A stretch of 63,924 nt of DNA, filler included, from Chiloscyllium plagiosum (lineage: Eukaryota): assembly GCF_004010195.1 (NCBI RefSeq). It is 3 parts of one record of this genome, joined end to end, with 100 filler letters (N's around TTAATTAATTAA, not from the genome) between each part and the next. Parts side by side here need not be neighbours in the genome. Positions count along the whole stretch, not along the records: positions 1 to 25,859 come from NC_057714.1; 2 more parts are not named here. One strand, 5' to 3'. The notes below the pieces were generated by a model, which was not told the DNA's origin, did no database searches, and worked only from the letters and a program-made list of their open reading frames with translations. The translations under genes and the position numbers were made by a program. Numbering within the stretch: the first letter of the stretch is position 1; every line of letters starts with the position of its first letter. Below are positions 1 to 12,089 of the stretch, piece after piece.

Positions 1-1100
1 TATTGAAAGAAACTTTTACTATTATTTCTAATATTACTGGCTAGCCTACCTTCATATTTGATCCTCTCCTTTCTTATTTCTCTCTTTGTTATCCTCTGTT
101 TGTTTTTGTAGCCTTCCCAATCTTCTGATTTCCCAGTGCTCTTGGCCACTTTATAGGATCTCTCTTTTTCTTTAATACATTTCCTGACTTTCTTTGTCAG
201 CCATGGCTGTCTAATCCCTCCCTGGATAATCTTTCTTTTCTTGGGGATGAACCTCTGTACAGTGTCCTCAATTTTACCCACAAACTCCCGCCATTTTTGC
301 TCTACTGTCTTCTCCGCTAGGCTGTGCTTCCAGTCTATTTTCGTCAGTTCCTCTCTCATGCCCTCATAATTACCTTTATTTAACTGTAACACCATTACAT
401 TCGATTTTGCCTCCTCTCTTTCAAACTGCAGACTGAACTCTGCCATATTATGATCGCTGCTTCCTAAGTGTTCCCTTACTTTAAGATTTTTTATAAAGTC
501 TGGTTCATTACATTGCACTAGGTCCAGAATAGCCTGCTCCCTTGTGGGCTCCATGACAAGCTGTTCCAAAAAGCCATCCTGTAAGCTCCATGAATTCCCT
601 TTCTTTGGATCCACTGGCAACATTATTTACCCAGTCTACCTCCATATTGAAGTCTCCCATGATCACTGTGACCTTGCCTTTCTGACATGCCTTCTCTATT
701 TCCCGGTACATGTTGCGCCCCTGGTCCTGACCACTGTTAGGAGGTCTGTACATAACTCCCACTATGGTTTTTTTTGCCTTTGAGGTTCCTCAATTCCACC
801 CACACAGACTCCATATCATCTGACGCTATGTCATTCAGCACCATAGATTTAATTTTGTTCTTAACTAACAAGGCAACCCTGCCCCCTCTGCCCACCTCCC
901 TGTCTTTTCGATAAGTTGAAAACCCTTGGATGTTTAACTGCCAGTCCTGACCCCCTGTAACCACGTCTCTGTGATGCCTACCACATCATAATCATTCACG
1001 ATGATCTGTGCCATTAGTTCGTCTGCTTTGTTATGAATGCTACGAGCATTCAGGTAAAGTGCCTTAATGTTAACTTTCTTATCATTAGAGATATTGGAAG
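1..1100 (-). mobile_element. CR1-type LINE fragment (ORF2 APE endonuclease region), decayed
   Basis: Minus-strand ORFs 737-964 and 508-762 contain QGFSTYRKDR..GGRVALLV, ESVWVEL, GVMYRPPN and IMGDFN, typical CR1 endonuclease motifs; frameshifted; boundaries approximate. Confidence 0.85.
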
Positions 1101-1424
1101 TCATAAGTTATCCTTTCTTTTTGCTGCATTCCCAGTCTGCCTCAAGTTTAAATCTGCCTGCACATATGCTATCCTGCCGCTTATCTTTCCATTTAACTCC
1201 ATACTCCCTGTCACTTTCACTTTCCCTTCCCCCCAACTCAGAAGTTTAAAGTCTTCTGAGTTGGGGGGAGTTTCTCTGACTGTTCTTCTTTTGATAATAC
1301 ATAAAAGAAATTTCTGTTGCCATTATAACTGACCTATGAGTCCAAAACCCAAGGAAAACAATTTTATAAATAACCATGAGGTCAACAACTACAAAGCTTC
1401 ACAGCTACTAGGAGGTGAGGAGAG

Positions 1425-1625
1425 CTGGTAGCTCATTTGGCTGGACAGTGGATATACAATGCAAAGTGGCACCAACAGCATGGGTTCAATTCTCACACCA
1501 GCTGAGGTTACTATGAAGCACTCTCCTTCTTATGCTCTCCCCTCACGTGAGGTGTTAAACCTCCAGTAGTTGTCTCTCTCTCTCTCATGAGAAAGAGATG
1601 GTCTGGTACAACAACTTTACCTTTG
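1425..1625 (+). mobile_element. tRNA-head SINE-like repeat (related pieces at ~7045-7135 + and ~60550-60690 -)
   Basis: B-box-like GGTTCAATTC followed by GCTGAGGTTAC..TGAAG; the same motif recurs elsewhere in the window. Confidence 0.5.
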
Positions 1626-3006
1626 TATTAAGTAGATCATAATATCTCAAGTCAAAATGGATTGAAAAACCTCTTACAACCTGGATTTTCTACTGTATTT
1701 GATTTTTATTTCCTTGCTACATCTGATACATCTGAAGGCAGCACTTACATGATAATATTTAGAATCAACCATAGCATTAGCTTCAGTTTTGAATAGTCAG
1801 ACAACACGTACTTCCTCTCTAATGCCACAGGGTGACACCAAAGGGCTTGTATATTTACTGATTTCAGTTCTGCAACTTCTGCTCATATGTTTATATTGTT
1901 GGCCAGTTTTTGTATTGATCTTTTCGAATGTTCCCTTCCTACAGCTACAAGGAGAATACAAAGACCGTTCATCATGTTTGCACTCCTCTCTGAAGGGGTT
2001 TTAGATTTGATCAAGAATATAATGGACTAACAACATCTGGTCAATGGGCTTTAACATGCTTGAATTTTACTTGCAGCTTGAGGGACAGAAGAGTGAACTG
2101 AAGTAAATTACTTTAAACTTAAATAAGGACATGAAAACCCAGGTAGCTAAAGTAAACTAGAAATTTAGATTTAGGGATGGGTCAATAGCAAGTACATCCT
2201 TAATAGTTACATTCCATGGAAAAAGAAAAATTCCAAGGGGAGGCCATACTATATGTGGTCAACTAAGAAAGTTAATACTAGTATCAAACTTAAAGAGAAA
2301 GCATATAATTATGCAAAAATTGACAAGTCAGAAAATTGGCCAGATTATTTAAAAAATGAGCAAAGAATGATCAAAAGATTAATGACACAGAGTTATTAAG
2401 AGAGTTTAAAAATCTGTGCCAAAGAAATCTATCCACACATATAAATACAGACAGTAATTAAGATCTCTTCCTTCAGTATTTCACTAATTTTTATTAAATT
2501 TTAAAAATATAAACCGTAAGTATTAAGTTAGCTTGCAGCATTTTTTGAGAGCAGAAAGATTATGCTGTTGTCTGGGTCTGTAGATTGTGAAGGAGCACAG
2601 ATGGCCTTTAGTGATGTGCTCTTCCAGTCAGATGTGGGAGTTGAGGGAGAATTTCCATGTTACTGATGGATTATATCTGCAGGAAGTGTCTTTGGTTGTA
2701 AATCCTATTAAATCACATGGATTAGTTGGAGCGACAGTTAGAGGGAATAAGGAATTTACAGGAGCTAGAGGGTGTGATGGATGGCAGTTATAGGAAGGGA
2801 GAAAAGCTGCAGATACAGTCAAGTAGATGGGTTAACTCCAGGAAAGGAAGGAAGGGTAGGCACAAAGTGCAGGAGTCTTCTGTGGCTATCCCCATTTCAA
2901 ACAAGTATGCTGTTCTGAAAAATGTAGGAGGTGATGGACTCTCAGGGGAATGTTGCATGAACAGCCAAGTTTCTGGTATTGAGACAGGCTCTAATGTAAT
3001 GAGGGG

Positions 3007-3191
3007 TACGCCGGGTTCCAAGTGGTCGATTGTGATAGGGGACTCTCTAGTCAGAGGCACAGACAGACATTTCTGCGGCTGGCAGCAAAAAATCAGAATT
3101 ACGCCGGGTTCCAAGTGATCGATTGTGATAGGGGACTCTCTAGTCAGAGGCACAGACAGACATTCTGCGGCTGGCAGCAAAAAATCAGAAT
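3007..3191 (+). repeat. Tandem duplication (93-bp period) inside CR1 ORF1
   Basis: tacgccgggttccaagtg...aaaaatcagaat occurs at 3007 and again at 3100. Confidence 0.9.
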
Positions 3192-5064
3192 GGTGTGTTA
3201 CTTCCCTGGTGCCAGGATCAAGGACACCTCGAAGTGGGTGCAAAATGTTCTCAAAGGTGAGAGGGACCAGCAGGAGGTTTTTGTACACATTGGAACTAAA
3301 GACATAGGAAGGGAAAAGGGTGAGATTCTGACGGGAGAAGAAAGAAATTTAGACTGGAATTTAAAATGTAGGTCCTCAAGGGTAGTAATATCTGGATTAT
3401 GACTGGTGCTACGAGCTAATGAGGGTAGGAATAGGAGGATAGAGCAGATGAATGCTTGGCTGAGGAGCTGGTGCAGGGGAGAAGTGTTCACATTTTGGAT
3501 CACTGGAATCTCTTCTGGGGTAGAAGTGACCTGTACAAGAAGGACAGATTGCACCTCAATTGGTAAGGGACAAATATACTGGAAGGGAGATTTGCTAGAA
3601 CTGCTCGGGAGGATTTAAACTAGTAAGGTGGGGGGTGGGACCCAGTGAAATACTGAAGAAAGAGATCAATCTGAAACTGGCACAGTTTGGAAAAGAAACC
3701 AAGGCAAACAGTCAGGGCAGGCAGGAACAAGGTAGAGAACGAGATAGTGCAGATAAGTTAAACTGCATTTATTTCAATGCAAGGGGCCTAACAGGGAAGG
3801 CTGATGAATTCAGGACATGTTTAGGAACATGGGACTGGGATATCATAGCAATTATAGAGCCGCAGCTCAAGTGACGGACAAGACTGGCAGCTAAATGTTC
3901 CAGGATGCAGATGCTAGAGGAAGGATAGAGAGGGGGGCAAGAGTGAAGGGGGAGTGGTGTTTTTCGATAAGGGATAACATTACTGCTGTACTGAGGGAGG
4001 ATATTCCTGGGAATACATCCAGGGAAATTATTTGGGTGGAACTAAGAAATAAGAAAAGGATGATCACCTTATTAGGATATTATAGACTCCGCCCCCACCC
4101 CAGGCTGATAGTCAGCAGAAAATTGGGGAACAAATTTCTATGGAGATCTCAGTTATCTGTAAGAATAATAGGGTAATTATGGTAAAGGATTTTAAATTTC
4201 TAAACATAAACTGGCACTGCCATAGTGTTAAGGGTTTTGTTAAGTTTGTCCAAGGAAATTTTCTGATTCCGTATGTGGATGAACCTACTAGAGAAGGTGC
4301 AAAACCTGACCTACTTTTTGGAAATAAGGCAGGGCCGGTGACTAAGGTGTCAGTGGAGGTGGCACTTTGAGGCCAGCAACCAGAATTCTATTAGATTTTA
4401 AATAGTGATGGAAAAGGATAGACCAGATCTAAAAGTTGATGTTCTAAATTGGAGGAAGGCTAATTTTGGCGATATTAGGCAAGAAGTTTCAAAAGTTGAT
4501 TAGTGGCAGATGTTCGCATGTAAAGGGATGGCTGGAAGATGGGAAGCCTTCAAAAATGAAATAACAAGAGTCCAGAAACAGTATATTCCTGTTAGGGTGA
4601 AAAGAAAGGCTGGTAGGTATAGGGAATGCTGGATGACTAAGGAAATTGAGGCTTTGGTTGACAAAAGGAAGGAAGCACATGTCAGCTTTAGACAGCAGAG
4701 ATCAAGTGAAACGTTACAAAATTATAAAGGCAGGAGGAGTATACTTAAGGGGGAAAACAGGAGGGCAAAGGGGCAGTGGATAGCTTTGGCAAATAGGGTT
4801 AAGGACAATCCAGGGCGATTCTAGAAATACATTAAGGACAAAAGGGTAACTAGGAAGAGAAAAGGCCTCTTCAAAGATCAGCAAGGCAGCCTATGTATGG
4901 AACTGCAGGAGATGGGAGAGATCCTGAACAAGTATTTTGTATCAGTGTTTACTGTGGAGAAGGACATGGAAGATACGGAATGTGGGGAAATAGATGGTGA
5001 CATCTTGAAAATGTCCATATTACAGAAGAGGTGGTGCTTGATGTCTTAAAGTGCATACAAGTGA

Positions 5065-5171
5065 TTGTATATTTGAGCTAATTGTATATCAATGTTTATA
5101 TCTGAGAGTTTTGTTTATTTTTGTAAACTTGTAAAAGTGTTAAATTTCTAATAAAAATATCTATAAAAAAA
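5065..5171 (+). mobile_element. Short poly(A)-tailed retroposed insertion with 17-bp TSD (L1-type TPRT)
   Basis: TSD aaagtgcatacaagtga at 5048-5064 and 5172-5188; AT-rich insert with AATAAA and an A-tract; TT/AAAG target site. Confidence 0.85.
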
Positions 5172-7857
5172 AAAGTGCATACAAGTGAGTAAATCCCCAG
5201 GACCTGATCAGGTGTACCCTAGAACTCTGTGGGAGGTTAGGGAAAATATTGCTGGGCCAGTTGCTGAGATATTTGTACCATCGATAGTCACACGTCAGGT
5301 GCCAGAAGACTGGAGGTTGGCTAACTTAGTGCTACCATTTAAGAAAGGCGGTAAAGAAAAGCCAGAGAACTATAAACCAGTGAGTCTGACGTCAGTGGTG
5401 GGCAAGTAGTTGGAGGGGATCCTGAGGGACAGGATTTACGCGTATTTGGAAAGGCAAGGACTGATTAGGGATAGTCAACATGGCTTTGTGCGTGGGAAAT
5501 CATGTCTCATGAACTTGATTGAGTTTTTTGAAGAAGTAACAAAGGGGATTAATGAGGGCAAAGCGGTGGACATGATCTATCTGCACTTCAGGAAGGCATT
5601 CAAAAAGGTTCTTCTTGATAGACTAGTTAGCAAGGTTAGATCTCATGGAATGCAGTGAAAACTAGCCATTTGGATACAGAACTGGCTTGAAGGTAGAAAA
5701 TAGAGAGTGGTGTAGAGTTGCCTTTCAGACTGGAGGCCTGTGACCAGTGGAGTGCCACAAGGATCAGTGCTGGGTCCACTGCTTTTCATCATTTATGTAA
5801 ATGATTTGGATATGAGCATAAGAGGTATAGTTAGAATGTTTGCACATGACACCAAAATTGGAGATGTAGTGGACAGCAAAGAAAGTTATCTCAGAGTACA
5901 ACGGGATCTTGATCAGATGGGCCAATGGGCTGAGGAGTGGCAGATGGAGTTTAATTGAGATAAATGTGAAGTGCTGCATTTTTGAAAGGCAAATCAGGGC
6001 AGGAGTTATACATTTAATGGTAAGATCCTGGGGAGTGGTGCTGAACAAAGAGACCTTGAAGTACAGGTTCACAGTTCCTTGAAAGTAGAATTGTAGGTAG
6101 ATAGGATAGTGAAGAAGGCATTTGGTATGCTTTTCTTTATTGGTCAGAGCATTGAGTACAGGAGTTGGGAAGTCACGTTGCAGCTGTACAGGACATTGGT
6201 TAGGCCAATTTTGGAATATTGTGTACTATTCTGGTCTCCCTCCTATCAGAAGAATGTTGTGAAACTTAAAGGGTTCAGAAAAGATTTACAGGGATGCTGC
6301 CAGAGTTGAAGGATTTGAGCTTTCGGGAGAGGCTGATTAGGCTGGGGCTGTTTTCCCTGGAGCGTCGATTGCTGAGGGGTGACCTTACAGAGGTTTATAA
6401 AATCATGAAGGGCATGGATATGGTAAATAGACAAGATCTTTTCCCTGGTGTGGGAGAGTCCAGAACTAGGGGCGTAGGATTAGGGTGACAATGGAAAATT
6501 TTAAAAGGGACCTAAAGGGTAACATTTTCACACAGAGAGTAGTGCGTGGATGAAATGAGCTGCCAGAGGAGGTGATGGAAGCTGGTACAATTACAACATT
6601 TAAAAGGCATCTGGGTGGGTATATGAATAGGAAATATTTAGAGGAATATGGACCAAATGCTGGCAAAAGGGATGAGATGAGGTTACGATATTTGGTCGGC
6701 ATAGACAAGTTGGACCAAATGGTCTGTTTCCGTGTTGCACATCTCTACGACTCTATGACTCTAAGTGAGCATTGTCCAGTAGAAATTGAGTCTGGGGGAT
6801 CAGTAATGGAAAATAAGGAGATGGCAAATGAGTTGAACAAATATTTGCATGTGTCTTTACTATCGAGGAAATAAGTATCACCTTAGATCCAGCTGAAAAA
6901 TAGAAATGGAAGTGAGAGAGGAAATCAAGAAAATTACAATTACCAGGGAAGTTGTACTGAGTAAATTGTTAAGCTGCAAGCTGACAAGTCCCTCGGCCCT
7001 GATGGAATTCATAAGAAAGTGTCTTAAAAGAAGTGAATAGTTGATTACCTCAGTTGGCAGGATGGCTGGTTTGTGATGCAGACTGATGCCAATAGTGTGG
7101 GTTCAGTTCCCATATTGGCTGAGGTCACCAATGAAGACCATCCTAAACAGGGACAGGCATAGGCAGTTAGGCCCCTTGAGCCTGATTCACCACTCAGTAG
7201 GATCATGGCTGATTCAACATTCCTCATATCCACTTTCCTGTGTTGCCCTTGTCATCTGTGATTCCCCGACTGATCAAGTATCTATCACAACCTTAAATAT
7301 ACACAAGGACTCTGCCCCACCAAGGCATTTCAACCTTCTGAGAGAATAAATTCCTCCTCATCACAGTCTCAAATTAGTTCCATTTTATTCTGAGACTTTG
7401 CTGTCTGGTCCTAGAGTCTCCCATGTGGGGAAGAATCCTCTCAGTATTTACCTTGTTGAGTCCCTTAAGAATCCTATATGTTTCAGTGAGATCATCTCTC
7501 ATTTATCTGAACTCCAGTGAGTAAAGTCCCAACTTGTTTAACCTTTGTTCATCAGCCAATCCATCTATATTGGGGATTATTCTCTGAACCTTCTCCGAAC
7601 TGCCTCCAATGAAATAATACCTTTTCTTAAATAAAGGGACCAAAACTGCTAACTGTACTCCAGATGTGGTCTCACCAGCACCTTGTACAAATGCAGTAAG
7701 TATCTCCTACTCCAATCCCCTGGAAATAAAAACCAACATTCCATTAGCCTTCCTGATTACCAGCTACAACTGTTAGCTTTCTGTGTTTCATACCCCCAAG
7801 TCCCTTCGTGTTGCAGCTTTCTGCAGTTTTTCTCAATTTAAGAAATACTGTTCTTTT

Positions 7858-8176
7858 GGGCGGCATGGTGGTACAGTGGTTAGCACTGCTGCCTCACACC
7901 GCCAGAGACCCGGGTTCGATTCCCGCCTCAGGCAACTGTCTGTGTGGAGTTTGCATATTCTCCCCATGACTGCGTGGGTTTCCTCCAGGTGCTCCGGTTT
8001 CCTCCCACAGTCCAAAAATGTGCAGGTTAGGTGAATTGGCCATGCTAAATTGCCCGTAGTGTTAGGTGAAGGGGTAAATATAATGCGTCTGGGTGTGTTG
8101 CTCTTCGGAGGGTCGGTGTGGACTTGTAGGGCCGAAGGGCCTGTTTCTACACTATAAGTAATCTAATCTAATCTAA
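7858..8176 (+). mobile_element. HE1-type V-SINE
   Basis: gggcggcatggtggtacagtggttagcactgctgcctcac tRNA head; V-domain gtggagtttgcatattctcccc..ggtttcctcccacagtccaaa; (aatct)n tail. Confidence 0.92.
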
Positions 8177-8487
8177 TGTTCTCCCTGCCAAAATAACAAG
8201 TTCTCATTTCCCCACATTACACTCCATTGGCCAATTTTCTATCCACTTATTTAAACTATCAAGATCTTTCTGCAAACTGTTTGCATCCCTCCCACAACCT
8301 GTCTTTCCCCTGTTTTTATGTCATCTGCAAATTTGGCTGCAGAACTTTCACTTCCTTCCTGCAAGTCATTAAAATATAAAAGTAAAAACTAGCACTAATC
8401 CTTGTGGAACCCCATTAGTCATAGGTCACCAACCTGAAAAAGCTCCTCATCCCTACTCACTGGTACCTGCCCATTAGCCAATGCTCG

Positions 8488-8618
8488 ATTCCTGAAGAAG
8501 GGCTTATGCTCGAAACATCGATTCTCCTGCTCCTCGGATGCTGCCTGGCCTGCTGTGTTTCTCCAGCACCACATTTTTCAACTCTGGTACTCCAGCACCT
8601 GCAGTCCTCACTTTCTCC
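8488..8618 (+). ncRNA. Minimal type-I hammerhead ribozyme motif in a Penelope-derived mini-element
   Basis: attc-CTGAAGA-aGGGC-ttat-GCTC-GAAA-ca-TC-gatt followed by the Penelope-type 3' tail ...ctgcagtcctcactttctcc. Confidence 0.6.
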
Positions 8619-10185
8619 TAACACTCTATCAATGCCAATATACTACCTCCAACACTGTGGGCTCTTATCTTACTGTATCACTAAACATTCGTGAGATACA
8701 TTGTCAAGTGCCTTCTGGAAATCTAAATTCAATAAATCTTTTGCTTCCCCTCTATCCATTCTGTCAAGACTTCCTCAAAAGATTTAATTAAGTTAGACAG
8801 AAGTGATTTCCCTTTCATGAAGCCAAGTTGACTCTGTTTGATTAGATAATTTTCCAAATGTTCCCTTGTTACTTCCGTTATAATTAATTCCAACACTTCT
8901 CCAACAATAGATGTTAGGCTAATCAGTCTATAGTTATCTGCTTTTTACCTCCCTCTTATTTTCAGTAGGGATATCACATTGGCATTTTTCCAATCCTCTG
9001 GTTCATCCCCAGAATCCAAGGATTTTTGGAAAATTACCTTTAATGAATCTACTATCTCTTTAGCTACCTCTTTTGGAATGGGGAGGTGCAAGCCTTCAGG
9101 GCCAGAGATCCTATCTGCTTTTACTCTGATTAGTTTATCTAAATATTACTTCTCCAGTGATGGCAGTTATTTCCTCCTCCATATTCTTTAATATTAATGG
9201 GATGTTCAAAGTATTTTCTACTGTAATGACTGATGCAAATATCTGTTTATCTTCTCTGTCATTGGATTGTTCCCCATAACCACCACCCTTTCACTTTTTA
9301 AGTAGCCTATGTACACTTTGACCTCTCTCTTTCTTTTTGTATATTTAAAGAAGCCCTTACTGTCAGTTTTCATATTTCTCATTAGTTTGTCTTCACAGAT
9401 TATTTTCTGTATCGCTATTATCTTTTTAGTTCCTCCTTTGCTAGATTCTGAACTTATTGCAGACTTCGGGGCTATCACTGATTTTTGCCTCCATAAATGC
9501 TTTTTCCTTCAACTTACCATTCTTCTTAACTCCCTTGGCTAGCCATGGCTTGTTTATGCCTATCTTCGGATCTTTTGCTCTCACTGGGATGAATTTTTGC
9601 TGAGTGTAATGAAGTACCTCCTTAAGTGTCTGCCATTGCTTGCTTACTGTCCTTCCTGCCAATCTATCCACTCAGTTCACTTTAGCTAACCCTAGCATCA
9701 TTTCATTGCAGTTCCCTTTATTTAAGTTAAACATAATTGTTTCTGACCCAAGTTTCTTATACTCAAGCTGAATATTGAGTTTGACCATATTATGAGCACT
9801 CCTTCTTAAGAAATCCTTTACTCAGAAGTCATTTATTAAACCTGCCTCATTACCTATTACCAGATCTAAGACAGCCTGCACCCTGGTCAGCTCTAGGAAA
9901 GGATCCTTAATTAACTCTATAAATTAATTGTTGTAGGTGCTCTTTTCAATTTAATGAATCCAATCAATATGAAGATTAAAGTCAACGATAATTATTGCCC
10001 TTTTTTAATACATGCTTCTATTATTTGCTGATTTATAGCCTTTCCTACAGAGTGGCTACTCTTTGGAGTCTGTAATGTCTTCATTCCCTTGCATTTTTTT
10101 TACCTCTTCCCAACTAGTCCCCACATCATCTGAGCCTAGATTATCTCTCACAGTTGTCCTCATTCCATCTATCATTAACAATTCT

Positions 10186-10670
10186 ATAGAACATAGAACA
10201 TAACAGTGCAATACAGGCCCTTCAGCCTTCGATGTTGCACCGACCTGACGCTCATCTAACCTAGACCATTCCATTTTCATCCATATGTTTATCCAATGAT
10301 CATTTATATGTCTTTAAAGTTGGCAAGTCTACTACTATTTCAGGCAGACCATTCTACACCCCTACTACTCTGAGTAAAGAAACTACCTCTACCAATAAAA
10401 GTTAACACACTGTATGCCTTCTTAACAAAACTATCAACCGGGATGGCAACTTTCAGGGATCTACATACATGGACACCAAGATCTCTCTGTTCATCTGCAC
10501 TGCCAAGAATCTTACAATTAGCCCAGTACTCTTTATTCCTGTTACTCCTTCCAAAGTGAATCACCTCACACTTTCCTGCATTAAACTCCATTTGCCACCT
10601 CTCAGCAAGCTCTGCAGCTTACCTATGTCCCTCTGTAACCTGCAACATCCTTCGGCACTGTCCACAATTC
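10186..10670 (-). mobile_element. Internally deleted CR1 3' fragment
   Basis: ORF 10340-10591 reads MEFNAGKCEVIHFG...FIGRG then jumps to SFFTQ (extreme C-terminus); tail gttctatgttctat. Confidence 0.8.
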
Positions 10671-10935
10671 TACACCACCCCCACTTCCAACCCTCCAGTC
10701 TTTCTGAAGGTCAAATATCTCCGAATGTTATGTGCCTAGTTCTGATCTCCTTGTAACCACGTTTCCATAATGGCTATGAGATCATATCCATTTACCTCAA
10801 CTTGCGCTGTTGGTTCACCTACATTAACCTGAACGCTTCGTCCATTAAGATACAAAGCTTTTAAGTTTGTTTCTATTTGTTTCTATTTTCAAATTTTCTG
10901 ACACTTTTACAGTTTCTTAATGTAAATATGACATT

Positions 10936-11097
10936 GGAGAAAGTGAGGACTGCAGATACTGGAGATCAGAGCTGAAAAATGTGTTGCTGGAAAAGCGCAG
11001 CAGGTCACGCAGCATCCAAGGAGCAGGAGAATCGACATTTCGGGCATAAGCCCTTCTTCAGGAAGCACTTTTCCAGCAACACATTTTTCAGCTCTGT
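10936..11097 (-). mobile_element. Hammerhead-bearing mini-element with short inverted arm and 11-bp TSD
   Basis: Reverse complement of 11031-11065 = cttc-CTGAAGA-aGGGC-ttat-GCCC-GAAA-tg-TC-gat; TSD aatatgacatt at 10925 and 11098. Confidence 0.75.
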
Positions 11098-12089
11098 AAT
11101 ATGACATTCACAATTACTGTCTGTTCCTTTTATTTTCTGGTACCAATCAGGATGGTCAAGAAGGAGATATCATACCCAGAGTGAGACACAGCCCGAGTGA
11201 GAATATAGTTTGGCGAATTAGGAGGCAGCTTGAGAATTCAGTGCAGATGGGAAGAAGTGTTTTTTGCTCATAGTTTGTACGTTTTTTTTTAGTCTGGGAT
11301 AAATTGAAGCCCAGAATAAGGGGCTCAGCACAAAACAAAGAGTGAAATCACAGGAAAAGCTTAAGTTCATTGGTTGGTAATGGCTGCTAATTTGGCTATC
11401 TCTTACAGGTTACTTGCATATTGAAAGTAAATAGGGGTAAGAACTTACAGATTACACACAAAAAGACGAGTAGGAAACTTTTATAAATCAAATTAAAAAT
11501 AAGTAAATAAATTAGGAATACTGGGCCAGGCAATGTGTTGTAATTGTATGACATGGGAACTGTTGGACCCTACTGTGGTTCATAGTGACCACATCTTTAG
11601 CAAGTGAAGGTTACTTAAGGAACTCTGGTTTCAGTGGTGATGAGCTTCAAACACCGCAATACATCAGGAAGGGGGTGACTGACCTGGACGCTGTGTTTCA
11701 GGAGGCAGTCACATGCATTCTTGTGTCTCCTCTCTGAAACCCTTGATCTCCTTATCAATTGAGAACCTAACCATCTTAAAAACACTCAAAGACTTGGCCT
11801 CCACAGCCCTCTGCAGCAATGGGTTCCACAAGATCACCTGAAAAAATTCCTCTTCCTCTCAGTTCTAAGGGTCATCCTTTCACACTTGGGTCTCAGTCTC
11901 TCCGACTAGTGGAATCATCTTCTCCACATCCACTCTATTCAGGCCATTCAGTATTCTGTAACTTCCGATGAGATTCCCACCTGATCCTTCTAAATTCCAT
12001 TGAGTAGAGAACCAGAATCCTTAACTGTTCCTGACGTGACAAGCCATTCATCCTCGGGATAATTTCCCACTTAATGCCATTTTTGTTTC

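Larger units (their letters stand above)
2465..6762 (+). mobile_element. Near full-length CR1 LINE (ORF1 zinc-finger/SGNH esterase plus ORF2 APE-RT), inactivated
   Basis: ORF1 motifs CSSSQMWE, IGDSLVRG, HIGTKD; ORF2 motifs YFNARGL, SPGPD, QHGFVRGKSC, GVPQGSVLGP, FAHDTK; 3' tail ctctacgactctatgactcta; many stops and frameshifts. Confidence 0.92.
2040..7040 (+). mobile_element. Older CR1 fragment (2040-2460 and 6763-7040) split by a younger CR1 insertion
   Basis: CR1 ORF2-like sequence stops near 2460 and resumes at 6763 (..GSVMENKEMANELNKY..., GPDG), colinear with CR1 ORF2. Confidence 0.6.
7145..10870 (-). mobile_element. Old CR1 LINE (3' UTR at left, ORF2 towards right), interrupted by HE1, a ribozyme mini-element and a second CR1
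   Basis: Minus-strand ORFs 9218-9478 (KGFFKYTKRKR) and 9441-9671 (WQTLKE..PWL) are CR1 ORF2-like; CR1 3' end near 7150. Confidence 0.75.

Noticed and set aside
7858..7930. tRNA-like A/B boxes
   Set aside because: Heads of HE1 SINEs, continuous with the V-domain and tail; not tRNA genes
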